NCBI GenBank assembly: GCA_947626265.1
Contig: CANQRM010000005.1
Span: forward strand, 46,628-110,627
DNA: 64,000 nt
Source: an uncultured Oscillospiraceae bacterium
GTDB taxonomy: Bacteria; Bacillota; Clostridia; Oscillospirales; Oscillospiraceae
Direction: 5' to 3'
Part shown: in pieces, positions 51,069 to 61,552 of the stretch
How positions within the stretch are numbered: the stretch's first letter is position 1
Layout of the letters: every line of letters starts with the position of its first letter
Program-made: the position numbers and the translations under genes
The notes under the pieces: model-generated
What the model was told of the DNA's origin: nothing
Database searches by the model: none
The model's input: the letters and a program-made list of their open reading frames with translations, nothing else

Positions 51069-52229
51069 TCACAACACCCGCACGCGGCGCACATGGGGCA
51101 CCTTCTGGATGCGCTCTAAGAGCGCCGGGGTGATGGGGCTGCCCAAGTCGATGACCGTGTAGGCCACCTGGCCCCGGGCGCGGTTTTGCATGTGCTCCAC
51201 GTTGATGTTCTCGCTGCCGATGATATCCAGGAAGCTGTTGAGCATACGGGGCACGTTGTCGTGAATGGCGCACAGCCGCGCTTCGCCCGCCCGCTCCAGG
51301 CTCAGGGCAGGCATATTGACGGAGTTTCGGATATTGCCGTTCAGGAGATAGTCCGCCAGCTCCTGGGCGGCCATGACCGCGCACTTCTCCTCGCTCTCGG
51401 GGGTGGAAGCGCCCAGGTGCGGGAAGGCCACCACGCCCTTCTTCCCCACCAGCTTATTGCTGGGGAAGTCGGTGACGTACCGGGCCACCTTGCCGCTGGC
51501 GAGAGCCGCCAGCATGGCGTCGTCGTCCACCAGGCCGCCCCGGGCCAGGTTGATGATACGTACCCCGTCCTTCATCTGGGCAAAGGCCTCGGCGTTCAGG
51601 GTGTGGTGGGTCTTCTCGTTGTGGTGTATCTGGATGAGGATATAGTCGCATGCGCGGTAGAGGCTGGCCAAGTCCTCGGCCTGACGGACGTCGGAGTGGA
51701 TGTGCCAGGCGGCCTCTACGGACAGATAGGGATCATAGCCCATGACCTCCATGCCGAGGTTGATGGCGGTCTTCGCGATGCGGGCGCCGATGGCACCAAG
51801 GCCTATCACGCCCAGGGTCTTGCCCCGGATCTCCGGGCCCACAAAGGCCTTCTTCCCCGCCTCCACAGCGGCCTCCACGTCGTCCCGGCCGGCCAGGGAC
51901 TTGGCCCATATGGCCCCCTCCATCAGGTCCCGGGAGGCCAGCACCAGGGAGCACACCGCCAGCTCCACCACCGCCTGGGCGTTGGCCCCGGCGGTGTTGA
52001 ACACCACGATGCCCTTCTCCGTGCACCTATCCACGGGCACGTTGTCCGTGCCCACGCCCGCCCGGGCAATGGCCAGGAGCTTATCGCCAAATTCCATATC
52101 ATGAAGCTTGGCGGAGCGTATCAGCAGGCCGTCGGGGTCGGCCGCGTCGTTATCGATCATCATGCCCTTGGCGGACAGGACGTTCAGTCCCTGCCGGGCG
52201 ATGTTGTTCATGGTCTTGATCTCATACAT
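51069..52229 (-). CDS. serA: D-3-phosphoglycerate dehydrogenase
   Basis: 386 aa. 2-hydroxyacid dehydrogenase NAD-binding GKTLGVIGLGAIGARIA and a C-terminal ACT-like domain. Operon with serC. Confidence 0.9.
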   Translation of the reverse strand: MYEIKTMNNIARQGLNVLSAKGMMIDNDAADPDGLLIRSAKLHDMEFGDKLLAIARAGVGTDNVPVDRCTEKGIVVFNTAGANAQAVVELAVCSLVLASRDLMEGAIWAKSLAGRDDVEAAVEAGKKAFVGPEIRGKTLGVIGLGAIGARIAKTAINLGMEVMGYDPYLSVEAAWHIHSDVRQAEDLASLYRACDYILIQIHHNEKTHHTLNAEAFAQMKDGVRIINLARGGLVDDDAMLAALASGKVARYVTDFPSNKLVGKKGVVAFPHLGASTPESEEKCAVMAAQELADYLLNGNIRNSVNMPALSLERAGEARLCAIHDNVPRMLNSFLDIIGSENINVEHMQNRARGQVAYTVIDLGSPITPALLERIQKVPHVRRVRVL

Positions 52230-53307
52230 GGTTTTCCACCTCGAACTTCTTCATGAATTCCGCCAGGGCCAGCACGCCCTCCATGGGCTGGGCGTTGTAG
52301 AGGGACGCCCGGATGCCGCCCACGCTGCGGTGGCCCTTGAGGTTCATGAGCCCCTTTGCCTGGGCCTCCTTCGCGAACCTGGCGTCCAGGTCCGCGTCCC
52401 CGGTGCGGAAGGTCACGTTCATGTCGCTGCGGCTGTCGGGCCGGGCGTGGGGCTTATAGAGACGGCTGTTGTCCAGGATGTCATAGATGATCTGCGCCTT
52501 CTCGTGCTTGATGGCCTCCATGCCGGCCACGCCCCCCTGCTTTTCCAGCCAGTCCAGCGTGAGCCCCAGCATATAGATGCACCAGCAGGGCGGGGTATTG
52601 TACATGCTGTCCTTCTCGATCATGGTCTTGTAACTCATGATAAGCGGCGTATAGGGCGCCTCCCGGCCCGCCAGGGATTTGTCGATGATGACCACGGTCA
52701 CCCCCGCGGGGGCCATGTTCTTCTGTGCGCCCGCCAGGATGAGACCGTATTTGGACACATCCACCGGCCGGGACAATATCTCCGAGCTCATGTCGCACAC
52801 CAGCGGCGCCTTCGTCTCGGGGACGTAATTCCAGGCGGTGCCGTAGATGGTGTTGTTGGAGCAGTAGTAGAAGTACTTTGCCTCCGGGTCCATGTCCAGC
52901 TGGTCCTGGGCAGGGATGTAGGAGAAGTTGTCGTCCTGGGAGGAGGCGGCGATATGGACGGTGCCGTACTTTTTGGCCTCCTTCATGGCGATGTTGGAGA
53001 AGTTGCCCGTGACGGCGTAGTCCGCCGTGGCCCCCTCCATCAGATTCAGGGGTACCATGGAGAACTGGGCCGACGCGCCGCCCTGCAGGAACAGTATCTC
53101 ATGGGTGTCGGGCACGTTCAGGGCCTTCTTGAGCTTGGCCTTGGTGCTGTCGAATATCTCCTGGAAAAAGGCGCTGCGGTGGCTCATCTCCATGACGGAC
53201 ATGCCGCTGCCGTTATAGTTCAGTATCTCCGCCCCGGCGCGCTCCAGGGCCTCCCTGGGCAGGACGGACGGCCCCGCCGAAAAGTTGAACACTTCTTCCC
53301 GCTTCAT
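52222..53307 (-). CDS. serC: Phosphoserine aminotransferase
   Basis: 361 aa. FNFSAGPSVLPREALERA N-terminus and AGAQKNMAPAGVTVVII (PLP Lys region), typical of SerC. Confidence 0.95.
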   Translation of the reverse strand: MKREEVFNFSAGPSVLPREALERAGAEILNYNGSGMSVMEMSHRSAFFQEIFDSTKAKLKKALNVPDTHEILFLQGGASAQFSMVPLNLMEGATADYAVTGNFSNIAMKEAKKYGTVHIAASSQDDNFSYIPAQDQLDMDPEAKYFYYCSNNTIYGTAWNYVPETKAPLVCDMSSEILSRPVDVSKYGLILAGAQKNMAPAGVTVVIIDKSLAGREAPYTPLIMSYKTMIEKDSMYNTPPCWCIYMLGLTLDWLEKQGGVAGMEAIKHEKAQIIYDILDNSRLYKPHARPDSRSDMNVTFRTGDADLDARFAKEAQAKGLMNLKGHRSVGGIRASLYNAQPMEGVLALAEFMKKFEVENHV

Positions 53308-53370
53308 CCCGATTTCCTCCGCTATACTTATTAAAGAGCAAGAGACATTATATCACTTACTTTCCAAAAA

Positions 53371-54633
53371 TCAACTGTCCGTAAGCGTTCCGAATAAGCT
53401 CTCTCCGTCCGTGCCCGTCACCAGCACGTCCCGGATAGTTCCCCGCTCCGCGGCGGCCTCCACCTGCACCGGGCAGTACTGGCCGCTGTGGCCCATATGG
53501 GCGTTCTCAAAGAGCACGGAAGCGGTCTTCCCTATCCAGCTTTGGAGATATTCCCGCCGCATGCGGGCGATGACCTCCCCCGCCCGGCGGACCCGGGCCT
53601 CCTTCTCCGCCCTGGAGAGCTGCCCCGGCATGTCCGCCGCCTTCGTCCCCGGCCGAACGGAATAGGGAAAGGCGTGGACGAAGAGGAAACCGCACTTTTC
53701 GATAAAGGCCAGCGTCTGCGAAAAATCTTCTTCGCTCTCCCCCGGGAAGCCGCAGATGAGGTCCGCCGTCAGCCCGCAATGGGGGAAATACTTCCTCAGG
53801 CGCTCACACACTTCATAAAACCCGGCGGTGTCGTACTTGCGGTTCATGCGCTTTAAGGTATCGTCGCAGCCGGACTGCAGGGACAGGTGGAAGTGGGGGC
53901 ACACGTTCCCCAGAGCGGCCAGCCGGGCGCAGAATTCCTCCGTCACCACGGTGGGCTCCAATGATCCCAGCCGGATGCGCACCCCCGGCGCGGCCTGGGC
54001 GATGGCCTCTATGGCGTCGGCGAGGCCCGGCTTGACGGGCAGGTCCTTGCCATAGGAGGCGATCTCGATGCCCGTGACCACGATCTCCCGGAAACCCTCC
54101 GCGGCCAATTCCCGCGCCGCCGCGGCGCAATCATCCGGCGGCAGGGACCGGACCCGGCCCCGGGTATAGGGTATGACGCAGTAGGTGCAGAAGTTGTCGC
54201 ATCCGTCCTCGATCTTCAGCATGGCCCGGGTGCGGCCGGACACCGCCCCGGCGGGCAGGGGCTCGAAAATGCGGCGCTTGAAGGGGTCGTCCACGCTCTT
54301 TGCGGGCAGGGCCTTCACGATGGCGTCCACAAAATCGTGCTTGTCCCCGCTGCCGAAGAGGATATCTGCCCCCAGGGCGGCCACTTCCTCCGGTTCCAGC
54401 TGGGAAAAGCACCCGCATACCGCCGTCAGCGCCCCGGGGTTGTCCGCCTGGAGCCGCCGGATGGCCTGGCGGGACTTTCGCCCGCTCTCCGCCGTGACGG
54501 CGCAGGTGTTCACGATGACCACGTCCGCCCCGGAGGACGCGCTCTCGAAGCCACGCTCCCGGAGCATGGCCTCTATGGCCTGGGTCTCGTACTGGTTCAC
54601 CTTGCAGCCCAGGGTGTACACGGCGTACTTCAT
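53371..54633 (-). CDS. mtaB: tRNA methylthiotransferase (MtaB-type radical SAM)
   Basis: MKYAVYTLGCKVNQYETQAIEAML (UPF0004 domain), CDNFCTYCVIPYTRG (CxxxCxxC) and a C-terminal TRAM-like domain. 420 aa. Confidence 0.85.
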   Translation of the reverse strand: MKYAVYTLGCKVNQYETQAIEAMLRERGFESASSGADVVIVNTCAVTAESGRKSRQAIRRLQADNPGALTAVCGCFSQLEPEEVAALGADILFGSGDKHDFVDAIVKALPAKSVDDPFKRRIFEPLPAGAVSGRTRAMLKIEDGCDNFCTYCVIPYTRGRVRSLPPDDCAAAARELAAEGFREIVVTGIEIASYGKDLPVKPGLADAIEAIAQAAPGVRIRLGSLEPTVVTEEFCARLAALGNVCPHFHLSLQSGCDDTLKRMNRKYDTAGFYEVCERLRKYFPHCGLTADLICGFPGESEEDFSQTLAFIEKCGFLFVHAFPYSVRPGTKAADMPGQLSRAEKEARVRRAGEVIARMRREYLQSWIGKTASVLFENAHMGHSGQYCPVQVEAAAERGTIRDVLVTGTDGESLFGTLTDS

Positions 54634-54698
54634 CTCTTGCCTTTTCTTCCTTCCCGGTTTATACTGTCAGCGTCGATTTTTCAATATATGGTGATGTT

Positions 54699-55826
54699 AT
54701 GATCTATCTGGATAACGCCGCCACCACCCCGGTCTGTGCCGAGGCGGCCCAGGCGGCCATGGAGGCCATGACGGCCCACTTCGGCAATCCCAGCTCCACC
54801 CACGCCCCCGGCCGGGAGGCCCGGCAGATGCTGGCGTCCGCCCGGGAGGCCATAGCCTCCACCCTGGGCGCCCATCCGGGAGAGGTGACCTTCACCTCCG
54901 GCGGGTCCGAAGGGGACAACTGGGCCATCCGGGGCGCCTGCCGCGCTCAGCGGCACAGGGGAAAGCACATCATAAGCTCCCTCACCGAGCACGACGCGGT
55001 GCGAAAGAGCCTGGACTACATGGAATCCCAGGGCTGGGAGGTGACCCGCCTGGTCCCCGGTCCCGACGGAGCCGTGCGCGCGGTGGATGTGGCCGCCGCC
55101 CTGCGCCCCGACACAGCGCTGGTGAGCCTGATGCTCGTCAACAACGAGACCGGCGCGGTGACGGACATTCCCGCCGTGGCCCGGGCCATCAAGGCGGCAA
55201 ACAGTCCCGCCCTGCTGCATACGGACGCCATACAAGCATATATGAAGATACCCTTCACTGTCAAGAGCCTGGGCGCGGACATCGTCACCCTCTCCGGTCA
55301 CAAGATCGGCGCGCCCAAGGGCGTGGGCGCCCAGTATGTCCGCGCGGGGCTCCGCCTGCCGCCGCTGGTGCTGGGCGGCGGCCAGGAGGAAGGGCGCCGC
55401 TCCGGCACGGAGAACATGCCCGGCATATGCGCTCTCGCCGCCGCGGCAAAAGCCGCGAAGGCCGATAAGGACGCACCCGCCCGCATGGCCGCCCTGCGCC
55501 AGGGCGTCATCGACGCCCTCTCCCCCGCCCTGCCGGACATGACCGTCATCGGCGGCGGCGCGCCCCACATCCTGTGCCTCAGCCTGCCCGGCTACCGCAG
55601 CGAGGTGCTCCTCAATTACCTGGACGCCATGGGCATATGCGTGTCCAAGGGCTCCGCCTGCAAGCGGGGCGCCCGCAGCCACGTGCTGGAGGCCATGAAC
55701 CTGCCCACAAAGGTCATCGACGGCGCCATCCGGGTCTCCCTCAGCCGCTTCACCACGAAAGAGGACGCCGACGCCTTCTGCAAGGGACTCATCCAGGCGG
55801 CAAACTCCCTCTGCAAAGCCATCTGA
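54699..55826 (+). CDS. Cysteine desulfurase (NifS/IscS family)
   Basis: MIYLDNAATTPV..., SGHKIGAPKGVGAQYV (PLP Lys) and SKGSACKRG (active-site Cys loop). 375 aa. Confidence 0.9.
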   Translation: MIYLDNAATTPVCAEAAQAAMEAMTAHFGNPSSTHAPGREARQMLASAREAIASTLGAHPGEVTFTSGGSEGDNWAIRGACRAQRHRGKHIISSLTEHDAVRKSLDYMESQGWEVTRLVPGPDGAVRAVDVAAALRPDTALVSLMLVNNETGAVTDIPAVARAIKAANSPALLHTDAIQAYMKIPFTVKSLGADIVTLSGHKIGAPKGVGAQYVRAGLRLPPLVLGGGQEEGRRSGTENMPGICALAAAAKAAKADKDAPARMAALRQGVIDALSPALPDMTVIGGGAPHILCLSLPGYRSEVLLNYLDAMGICVSKGSACKRGARSHVLEAMNLPTKVIDGAIRVSLSRFTTKEDADAFCKGLIQAANSLCKAI

Positions 55827-55843
55827 ATCCACGCCGAAAAAAC

Positions 55844-55870
55844 GCGGCGTCCGGCTGAGCCGGGCGCCGC
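55844..55870. terminator. Bidirectional terminator between convergent genes
   Basis: GCGGCGTCCGGC-tga-GCCGGGCGCCGC, flanked by AAAAAAC upstream and TTCGATTTT downstream. Confidence 0.65.
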
Positions 55871-55884
55871 TTCGATTTTCCGTT

Positions 55885-57231
55885 TTACTTTTTCCCGCTT
55901 TGGCTGGTGTTCCAGAGCTTATCGGCCTCCGGCGTCCACGCCCGGGCATAAGAGTCGCACTTGGCACAAAGGTGCTCCGCGCTCTCCGGGGACTGCATAT
56001 CGGTGCTCCTGGCCCCGGTGGCGTCCACCATGGCCCGTAGCATCTGGGGATTTTCCAGCATGGGGCAGGGCCGGAGCATGTTCTCATTGAAGGGCTGGCC
56101 ATCATGGTAGGCCATGAACAGCGGCCCCCGCAGGATGTCCAAAAGGCTCTTTTCCCGGATATTGCCGTCGGAGTAGTGGACGAACACGCAGGGGTCCACG
56201 TCCCCGTTGGCGTTGATGTGCAGATACCGCCGGCCCCCGGCGATGCACCCGCCCACGAACTCCGCGTCGTTCTGGAAATCCATGGCGAACAAGGGCTTGC
56301 GCATCCTATAGTCCCGGATGCGGCGGTAGACCACCTCCCGTTGCTCAGGCGTAGGCAGTAGCTCCGTGGAGGCGTCGTTGCCCACGGGCATGTAGTGGAA
56401 GTACCAGATGAAATAGGCGCCCATGTCGATGAGGCTGTCGTAGTATGCCTCCGAGGTGATGGAGTCATAGTTGGCGCTGGTGTAGCAGGAGGATATGCCG
56501 TACAGCAGCTTTTTCCGGTGCAGCAGGTCCATGGCGGCCCGGGCCTTCTGATAGACCCCCTGGCCCCGGCGGCTGTCGGTGGCGTCCTCGAACCCTTCCA
56601 GAGATATGGCCGGGACGAAGTTCTTGACCCGCAGCATCTCGTCGGCAAAGGCCTCGTCGATGAGGGTCCCGTTGGTGAAGGCGAGAAACACGCAGTCGTC
56701 GTGATTTTCGCACAGGCGGATGAGGTCCGCCCTGCGGACCATGGGTTCGCCGCCGGTGTAGATGTAAAAATACACGCCCATGTCCTTGCCCTGGCGGATG
56801 ATGTCGTCGATCTCCTCATAGGTCAGGTTCAGCTTGTTGCCGTACTCCGCTGCCCAGCAGCCGGTGCAGTGCAGGTTGCAGGCGGAGGTGGGGTCCAGCA
56901 ATATGGCCCAGGGGATGTTGCAGTTATACTTTTTCCGCAGCTCCTCCTGTTTGGGCCAGCCAATCAGGCTGGCGTTCACAAAGAAGTTCACAGCCACCGC
57001 CGTGAGCACCTCCCGGTCCACGTCCTTTATCATGTGCATGACGAAGCCGTGGTAGGGGTTCGCCGGGTCCTCAATGATGTCCCGGATGACCGCCCGCTGG
57101 GGACCGAACTCCTCCCCCGCGAACCTGTCCGCCCAGTCCATGAGCCGCCCTGCGTTCTTCTCCGGGTCCTTGTAGAGGTACTTGATCGCCTGCTCCAGAC
57201 CCAGCTTTTTCATCGTGGTGGAAACGTCCAT
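55885..57231 (-). CDS. Radical SAM protein (SPASM-like C-terminus)
   Basis: LLDPTSACNLHCTGCWAAEYG (CxxxCxxC), GGEPMV, and a C-terminal Cys cluster (GGCIAGGRRYLHINANGDVDPCVF). 448 aa. Confidence 0.85.
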   Translation of the reverse strand: MDVSTTMKKLGLEQAIKYLYKDPEKNAGRLMDWADRFAGEEFGPQRAVIRDIIEDPANPYHGFVMHMIKDVDREVLTAVAVNFFVNASLIGWPKQEELRKKYNCNIPWAILLDPTSACNLHCTGCWAAEYGNKLNLTYEEIDDIIRQGKDMGVYFYIYTGGEPMVRRADLIRLCENHDDCVFLAFTNGTLIDEAFADEMLRVKNFVPAISLEGFEDATDSRRGQGVYQKARAAMDLLHRKKLLYGISSCYTSANYDSITSEAYYDSLIDMGAYFIWYFHYMPVGNDASTELLPTPEQREVVYRRIRDYRMRKPLFAMDFQNDAEFVGGCIAGGRRYLHINANGDVDPCVFVHYSDGNIREKSLLDILRGPLFMAYHDGQPFNENMLRPCPMLENPQMLRAMVDATGARSTDMQSPESAEHLCAKCDSYARAWTPEADKLWNTSQSGKK

Positions 57232-57300
57232 GGTGTTCTCTCCTTATCCCTTTTTCAGGATGATAGCACCGGGCCTGTTCCCATCAAACAGGCAAAATCA

Positions 57301-57329
57301 GACGCATGCCCAAATTTTAGGCATGCGTC
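57301..57329 (-). terminator. Hairpin terminator upstream of the radical SAM promoter region
   Basis: GACGCATGCC-caaatttta-GGCATGCGTC, followed on the minus strand by TGATTTTGCC. Confidence 0.5.
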
Positions 57330-57542
57330 GCATTTTGTCTAGCTATCCGATCACTCTCCACCCGCAGAGCGGGCGATCATCTCGTCCAGCAGCTTTATCA
57401 GCGCCGCCTTGATGGCATTGCGGGTCAGGTTCGCCATGATGCTCCCTCTTTCTTTGACGTTTTCCATCAGAGTATAGCATCCGGCCGAAAAAGTCAACGC
57501 GGCGCCCGGTTCTTATCGGACGCCGCTTATTTGTTTTGTCTT

Positions 57543-57953
57543 TTACAGATACTTCGTGATCTCCGGGCCGAAGGTGGCGGGGTCAGCGGAGACGGTCACC
57601 GTGAAGGTGATGCCCTCCGACTGGCCGAAGCCGTCCAGCCAGGAGAGGAAACCGGCAAACTCCTCTTCCGAGGCGGGCCGGATGATCTTGAAGAGGTTAT
57701 CCACGAAAACATGGGTGATGTCGAAGTTCCCGGCGGCCAGGCCGCTGATGAAGCCCCGCATCAGGTCGATGGAGTTGATGCCATACTGGGAGGCGTGGAC
57801 GAGCCGCGCCTGATAAGGGATGTCGTATGTAAGGACCTTGTCCTTTTCGATGCATATGACGTCTCCGTGTTCCTCCTCCACTGCCTTGCGTACCAGCTCT
57901 ACCAGCTGCTTCGTCTTGCCGGTCCCTTTGAGACCCATGATAAGTCTGATCAA
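57543..57953 (-). CDS. Small P-loop ATP-binding protein, unknown function
   Basis: MIRLIMGLKGTGKTKQLVELV (Walker A GxxGxGKT). 136 aa. Confidence 0.6.
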   Translation of the reverse strand: MIRLIMGLKGTGKTKQLVELVRKAVEEEHGDVICIEKDKVLTYDIPYQARLVHASQYGINSIDLMRGFISGLAAGNFDITHVFVDNLFKIIRPASEEEFAGFLSWLDGFGQSEGITFTVTVSADPATFGPEITKYL

Positions 57954-58067
57954 GCGATCGTCACGCTCCCTTCGTAGCTTTACGGTATTCTACCATTTTT
58001 CCCGCCGCCCTGCAACGGGAAATATGACAAAAGATGTTAATTTTTTCTGAAGAGAGCGAAAATGCGC

Positions 58068-58108
58068 GGCTCCCGCGGCGGCCCGGCAGACCGGGCCCCG
58101 CGGGAGCC
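58068..58108 (-). terminator. Terminator of pgi
   Basis: Long GC hairpin GGCTCCCGCGG.GGCCCGG-caga-CCGGGCC.CCGCGGGAGCC, about 25 nt after the pgi stop. A short U-rich tail follows on the minus strand. Confidence 0.55.
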
Positions 58109-58131
58109 TCGTATATCAGGGTGTTCCGGTG

Positions 58132-59397
58132 TTAGGTACCAGGTTTCCCCAGCATGCGGAACATGTTCTTCTTGTAGGCCTCCACGCCGGGCTGGTCGAA
58201 GGGGTTGACCCCCAGCATATAGCCGCTGATGGCGCAGGACATCTCGAAGAAGCACACCAGATCGGCGAAGCCCTCCTCATCCCGGTAGGGCACGCTCACG
58301 CCGATATTGGGCACGCCGCCGGCCACATGGGCCGCCTTCACGGCCTCCATGGCCACCCGGGATATCTCCCCCAGGCCCCGGCCGGCCAGGTAGTTGAGCC
58401 CGTCCGGGTCGCCCATGGCGAAGGGCACCTCATAGTCCCGGCGGGGCCGGTCGAAGCTGACTACCGTCTCCATGAGGGTGCGGGGGCCGTCCTGGATGTA
58501 CTGGCCCATGGAGTGCAGGTCCGCGTTATACTCCACGCTGGCGGGGTAGATGCCCACGCCGTTTTTGCCCTCGCTCTCGCCGTAGAGCTGTTTCCACCAC
58601 TCCGCCATGTAATGGAAGGTGGGCTCATAGCTGGCGAGAAGCTCTATCTTCTTGCCCTTGGCGTAGAGGGCGTTCCGGGCCGCGGCATACTGCCAGGCGG
58701 GGTTATCCGGGCTGCGCAGGTCCAGCTGATACAGGGCCTCCGCCGCCGCGCCCACCATGGTGCGCACGTCGCATCCCGCCGCCGCCAGGGGCAGCAGGCC
58801 CACGGCGGACAGCACGCTGTAGCGGCCGCCCACATCGTCGGGCACTACGAAGGTCTCGTAGCCCTCCTTGTCCGCGATGGTCTTCAATACGCCCCGTGCC
58901 CTGTCGGTGGTGGCGTAGATACGCTTGCGGGCGCCTGCGCCGTACTTCTTCTCCAGGATGCCCCGAAAGATGCGGAAGGCCGCCGCCGGCTCAAGGGTCG
59001 TGCCGGACTTGGACACCACGTTGATGGAGAATTCCCGGTCGCCCAGCATTTCCAGCTTGTCGTTCAGATCGTCCGGCGACAGGGTCGTGCCGGCAAAGAT
59101 GACCTCCGGGCCGTTCTTGGGCTTGATGAGCTCGATGCCCGCCCGGGCGCCCAGGTAGCTGCCGCCGATGCCCACCACCACCAGTACCTCGCTGGTGTCG
59201 CGGATGCGCTCCGCGGCAGACATGATCTGCTTCAGCTCCTCGCCCTGCACACGGCGGGGCAGCTCACGCCAGCCGGTGAAATCCGCGCCGGCGCCCTTTC
59301 CCTCCGCCAGCGCCCGATGGGCCTGGCCCGCCGCGCCGTAATCCGGCCCGGCATTGTCCATAAATCCGAGGGCACCCGACAGATCGACTTTGACCAT
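58132..59397 (-). CDS. pgi: Glucose-6-phosphate isomerase
   Basis: 421 aa. VVVGIGGSYLGARA, GRYSVLSAVGLLP and FDQPGVEAYK motifs. Confidence 0.95.
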   Translation of the reverse strand: MVKVDLSGALGFMDNAGPDYGAAGQAHRALAEGKGAGADFTGWRELPRRVQGEELKQIMSAAERIRDTSEVLVVVGIGGSYLGARAGIELIKPKNGPEVIFAGTTLSPDDLNDKLEMLGDREFSINVVSKSGTTLEPAAAFRIFRGILEKKYGAGARKRIYATTDRARGVLKTIADKEGYETFVVPDDVGGRYSVLSAVGLLPLAAAGCDVRTMVGAAAEALYQLDLRSPDNPAWQYAAARNALYAKGKKIELLASYEPTFHYMAEWWKQLYGESEGKNGVGIYPASVEYNADLHSMGQYIQDGPRTLMETVVSFDRPRRDYEVPFAMGDPDGLNYLAGRGLGEISRVAMEAVKAAHVAGGVPNIGVSVPYRDEEGFADLVCFFEMSCAISGYMLGVNPFDQPGVEAYKKNMFRMLGKPGT

Positions 59398-59554
59398 ATC
59401 CGCAGACCTCCTGCTTCTTTAGTTGACGGCGGCCCATGGACCCCCATCCTTAGAGTAAATTATACCCTATCCCTGCGGATTTTTCAAGATGCAGACCCCA
59501 AAAGTGGGGCGAAAAGCGCGTTTTTTGCCCAAAAAAGCACCCAAAATGGGGCGA

Positions 59555-60715
59555 CTATCCCGCATTCCGGCCAATCAGGCTGCCAATGAGCCGCCCATAG
59601 AGCGCCCAGAAGCCCAATCTCTCCACCGCCGCGGCCGCCACGATGTCCACCTGGGCGACGGTCTCCTCCCCCGCCCGGACGGTCATGGAGCCCAGCACCT
59701 GGCCCTCCGCCACCGGGGCGGACACCGCCTCCGGCAGGGATATGTCATAGGAAAGGTCACCCAGGCCGCTCTTCTCCCGGAGCATGTATTCGCTGCCGGT
59801 GAATATGGGCTGGACGCAGTCCGCCGCCCCCAGCTTCACCGCCACCGGCGGCAGGGCCTGGGCGGGCCGCAGGGACGCAAGGCCATAGTTGGCGAAGGCG
59901 TAATTGAGCAGGGTCCTTGCGTCGGCGAAGCGCTTTTCCGAGGTCTCCCCGTGGAGGACCACGGCGATATACTCCACCCCATCCCGCTCCGCCGTGGCGG
60001 AAAGGCAGTACATGGCCTTGCTGGTGAAGCCAGTCTTCAATCCCGTGGCCCCCTCGTAGCCGTAGATGAGGCGGTTGGTGTTGGAAAGGCCGAACTCCCC
60101 GTTTCGCACGGAGTCCATCCATATGGTGGTGTACTCCTTGATGAGGTCGTGGCCGATGAGCTCCCGGCTCATGAGGGCGATGTCGTAGGCGGAGGTATAG
60201 TGGCCGTCATCGTCATAAAGGCCGGTGCAGTTGGTGAAGTGGGTATCGGCCATGCCCAGCTGGCCCGCCCGCTGGTTCATCTTCTGCACGAAGGCCTCCT
60301 CGCTTCCTGCGATGAGCTCCGCCAGGGCCACGGCGCAGTCGTTGGCGCTGACCACGGCCACGCATTTGAGCATCTCCGACACGGTCATCCGCTCCCCCGG
60401 CTCCAGCCATATCTGGCTGCCGCCCATGGAACAGGCGGTCTCCGAGGCGGTGACCACCGTATCTTTGCCGATGACGCCCGCCTCCAGCGCCTCGGTCACC
60501 AGAAGCATGGTCATGACCTTGGTGACGCTGGCCGGGGCGCAGCGGGCGTGGGATTCCTTTTCATATATGACCGTGCCGGTGCTCTTTTCCATGAGTACGG
60601 CATACGGCGCGTCGATGCTGATGGCCTCAGCGGGCAGCGGCTCCGCCGCGAGCGCGGGCGTTGTCAAAAGCGCCGCCGCCAGGAAAAAGGATACGATCTT
60701 CTTCAAAAAGTCCAT
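59555..60715 (-). CDS. D-alanyl-D-alanine carboxypeptidase (S11 family PBP)
   Basis: Signal peptide, SxxK PASVTKVMT, SAND (SxN) and KTGFT (KTG). 386 aa. Confidence 0.9.
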   Translation of the reverse strand: MDFLKKIVSFFLAAALLTTPALAAEPLPAEAISIDAPYAVLMEKSTGTVIYEKESHARCAPASVTKVMTMLLVTEALEAGVIGKDTVVTASETACSMGGSQIWLEPGERMTVSEMLKCVAVVSANDCAVALAELIAGSEEAFVQKMNQRAGQLGMADTHFTNCTGLYDDDGHYTSAYDIALMSRELIGHDLIKEYTTIWMDSVRNGEFGLSNTNRLIYGYEGATGLKTGFTSKAMYCLSATAERDGVEYIAVVLHGETSEKRFADARTLLNYAFANYGLASLRPAQALPPVAVKLGAADCVQPIFTGSEYMLREKSGLGDLSYDISLPEAVSAPVAEGQVLGSMTVRAGEETVAQVDIVAAAAVERLGFWALYGRLIGSLIGRNAG

Positions 60716-60875
60716 AAAGACACCCCCATATCACCATGGATATGGGGGCCTGACCCAAAATATGCCTGCCCGTCCCTTTGCCCCGGAAAAACCTGTGTTT
60801 CCCACAGCGTCAACATGCTTTTACACAAAGGGCGGCCAAAATGCTGTCGAAGGCCGTCGGTGTCTGTCGGAAGAC

Positions 60876-61115
60876 TTACAGCTCTCTGTACATGGCCGGG
60901 GCGTCCGCCTTTCCCACCGCCTCCGCCACGGCCAGCACCTCCACTTTTGTGGTGCGCTCGCCGAAGCGTATCTCGATGATATCCCCGGGCTTTATATCCC
61001 GGGAGGCCTTGGCCGGGGCGCCGTTCACGGTCACCCGCCCGCCGTCGCAGGCCTCGTTGGCCACGGTGCGCCGCTTGATGAGCCGGGACACCTTCAGAAA
61101 TTTGTCCAAACGCAT
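60876..61115 (-). CDS. S4-domain RNA-binding protein (YabO/Hsp15-like)
   Basis: MRLDKFLKVSRLIKRRTVANEACDGGRVTVNGAPAKASRDIKPGDII is the S4 domain pattern. 79 aa. Confidence 0.85.
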   Translation of the reverse strand: MRLDKFLKVSRLIKRRTVANEACDGGRVTVNGAPAKASRDIKPGDIIEIRFGERTTKVEVLAVAEAVGKADAPAMYREL

Positions 61116-61185
61116 GGGGTTCTCCTTAAAACAGTCCGGGCGGCGCGGGATAGACCGCGCCGCCCTGGATATGAATGAAAAGCTC

Positions 61186-61461
61186 TTACTTCGCCACGGC
61201 GTCCTTCAGAGCCTTGCCGGCCTTGAACTGAGGGATCTTGGAAGCGGGGATCTTGATCTCCTGCTTGGTCCGGGGGATGCGGCCCACGCGGGCAGCGCGC
61301 TCCTTCACGTCAAAAGCGCCGAAGCCGACGATCTGGACCTTGTCGCCCTTCTGCAGAGCGCCGGTGATGGCGTCGACGGTAGCGTTGACAGCTTTTTCAG
61401 CATCTTTCTTGGACAGATCGGCTTTTTCCGCCACAGCCGCGATGAGTTCTGCTTTGTTCAT
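61186..61461 (-). CDS. hup: DNA-binding protein HU
   Basis: ORF 61186-61686 trimmed to [62 protein letters not shown] (91 aa). Confidence 0.95.
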   Translation of the reverse strand: MNKAELIAAVAEKADLSKKDAEKAVNATVDAITGALQKGDKVQIVGFGAFDVKERAARVGRIPRTKQEIKIPASKIPQFKAGKALKDAVAK

Positions 61462-61552
61462 AGTAATCCTCCTAATTATTTGACGGTCGCCCGCCTTCAT
61501 TTGTATTTGCACAGGGCATATAAAAAACCGCACGCGGTCTTTTACGACAAAT

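Noticed and set aside
57351-57437. 28-aa minus-strand ORF (MANLTRNAIKAALIKLLDEMIARSAGGE) with an SD-like sequence, resembling the start of a TetR-type regulator.
   Set aside because: Too short to support. It could be a gene remnant or chance. No HTH can be completed in any frame downstream.
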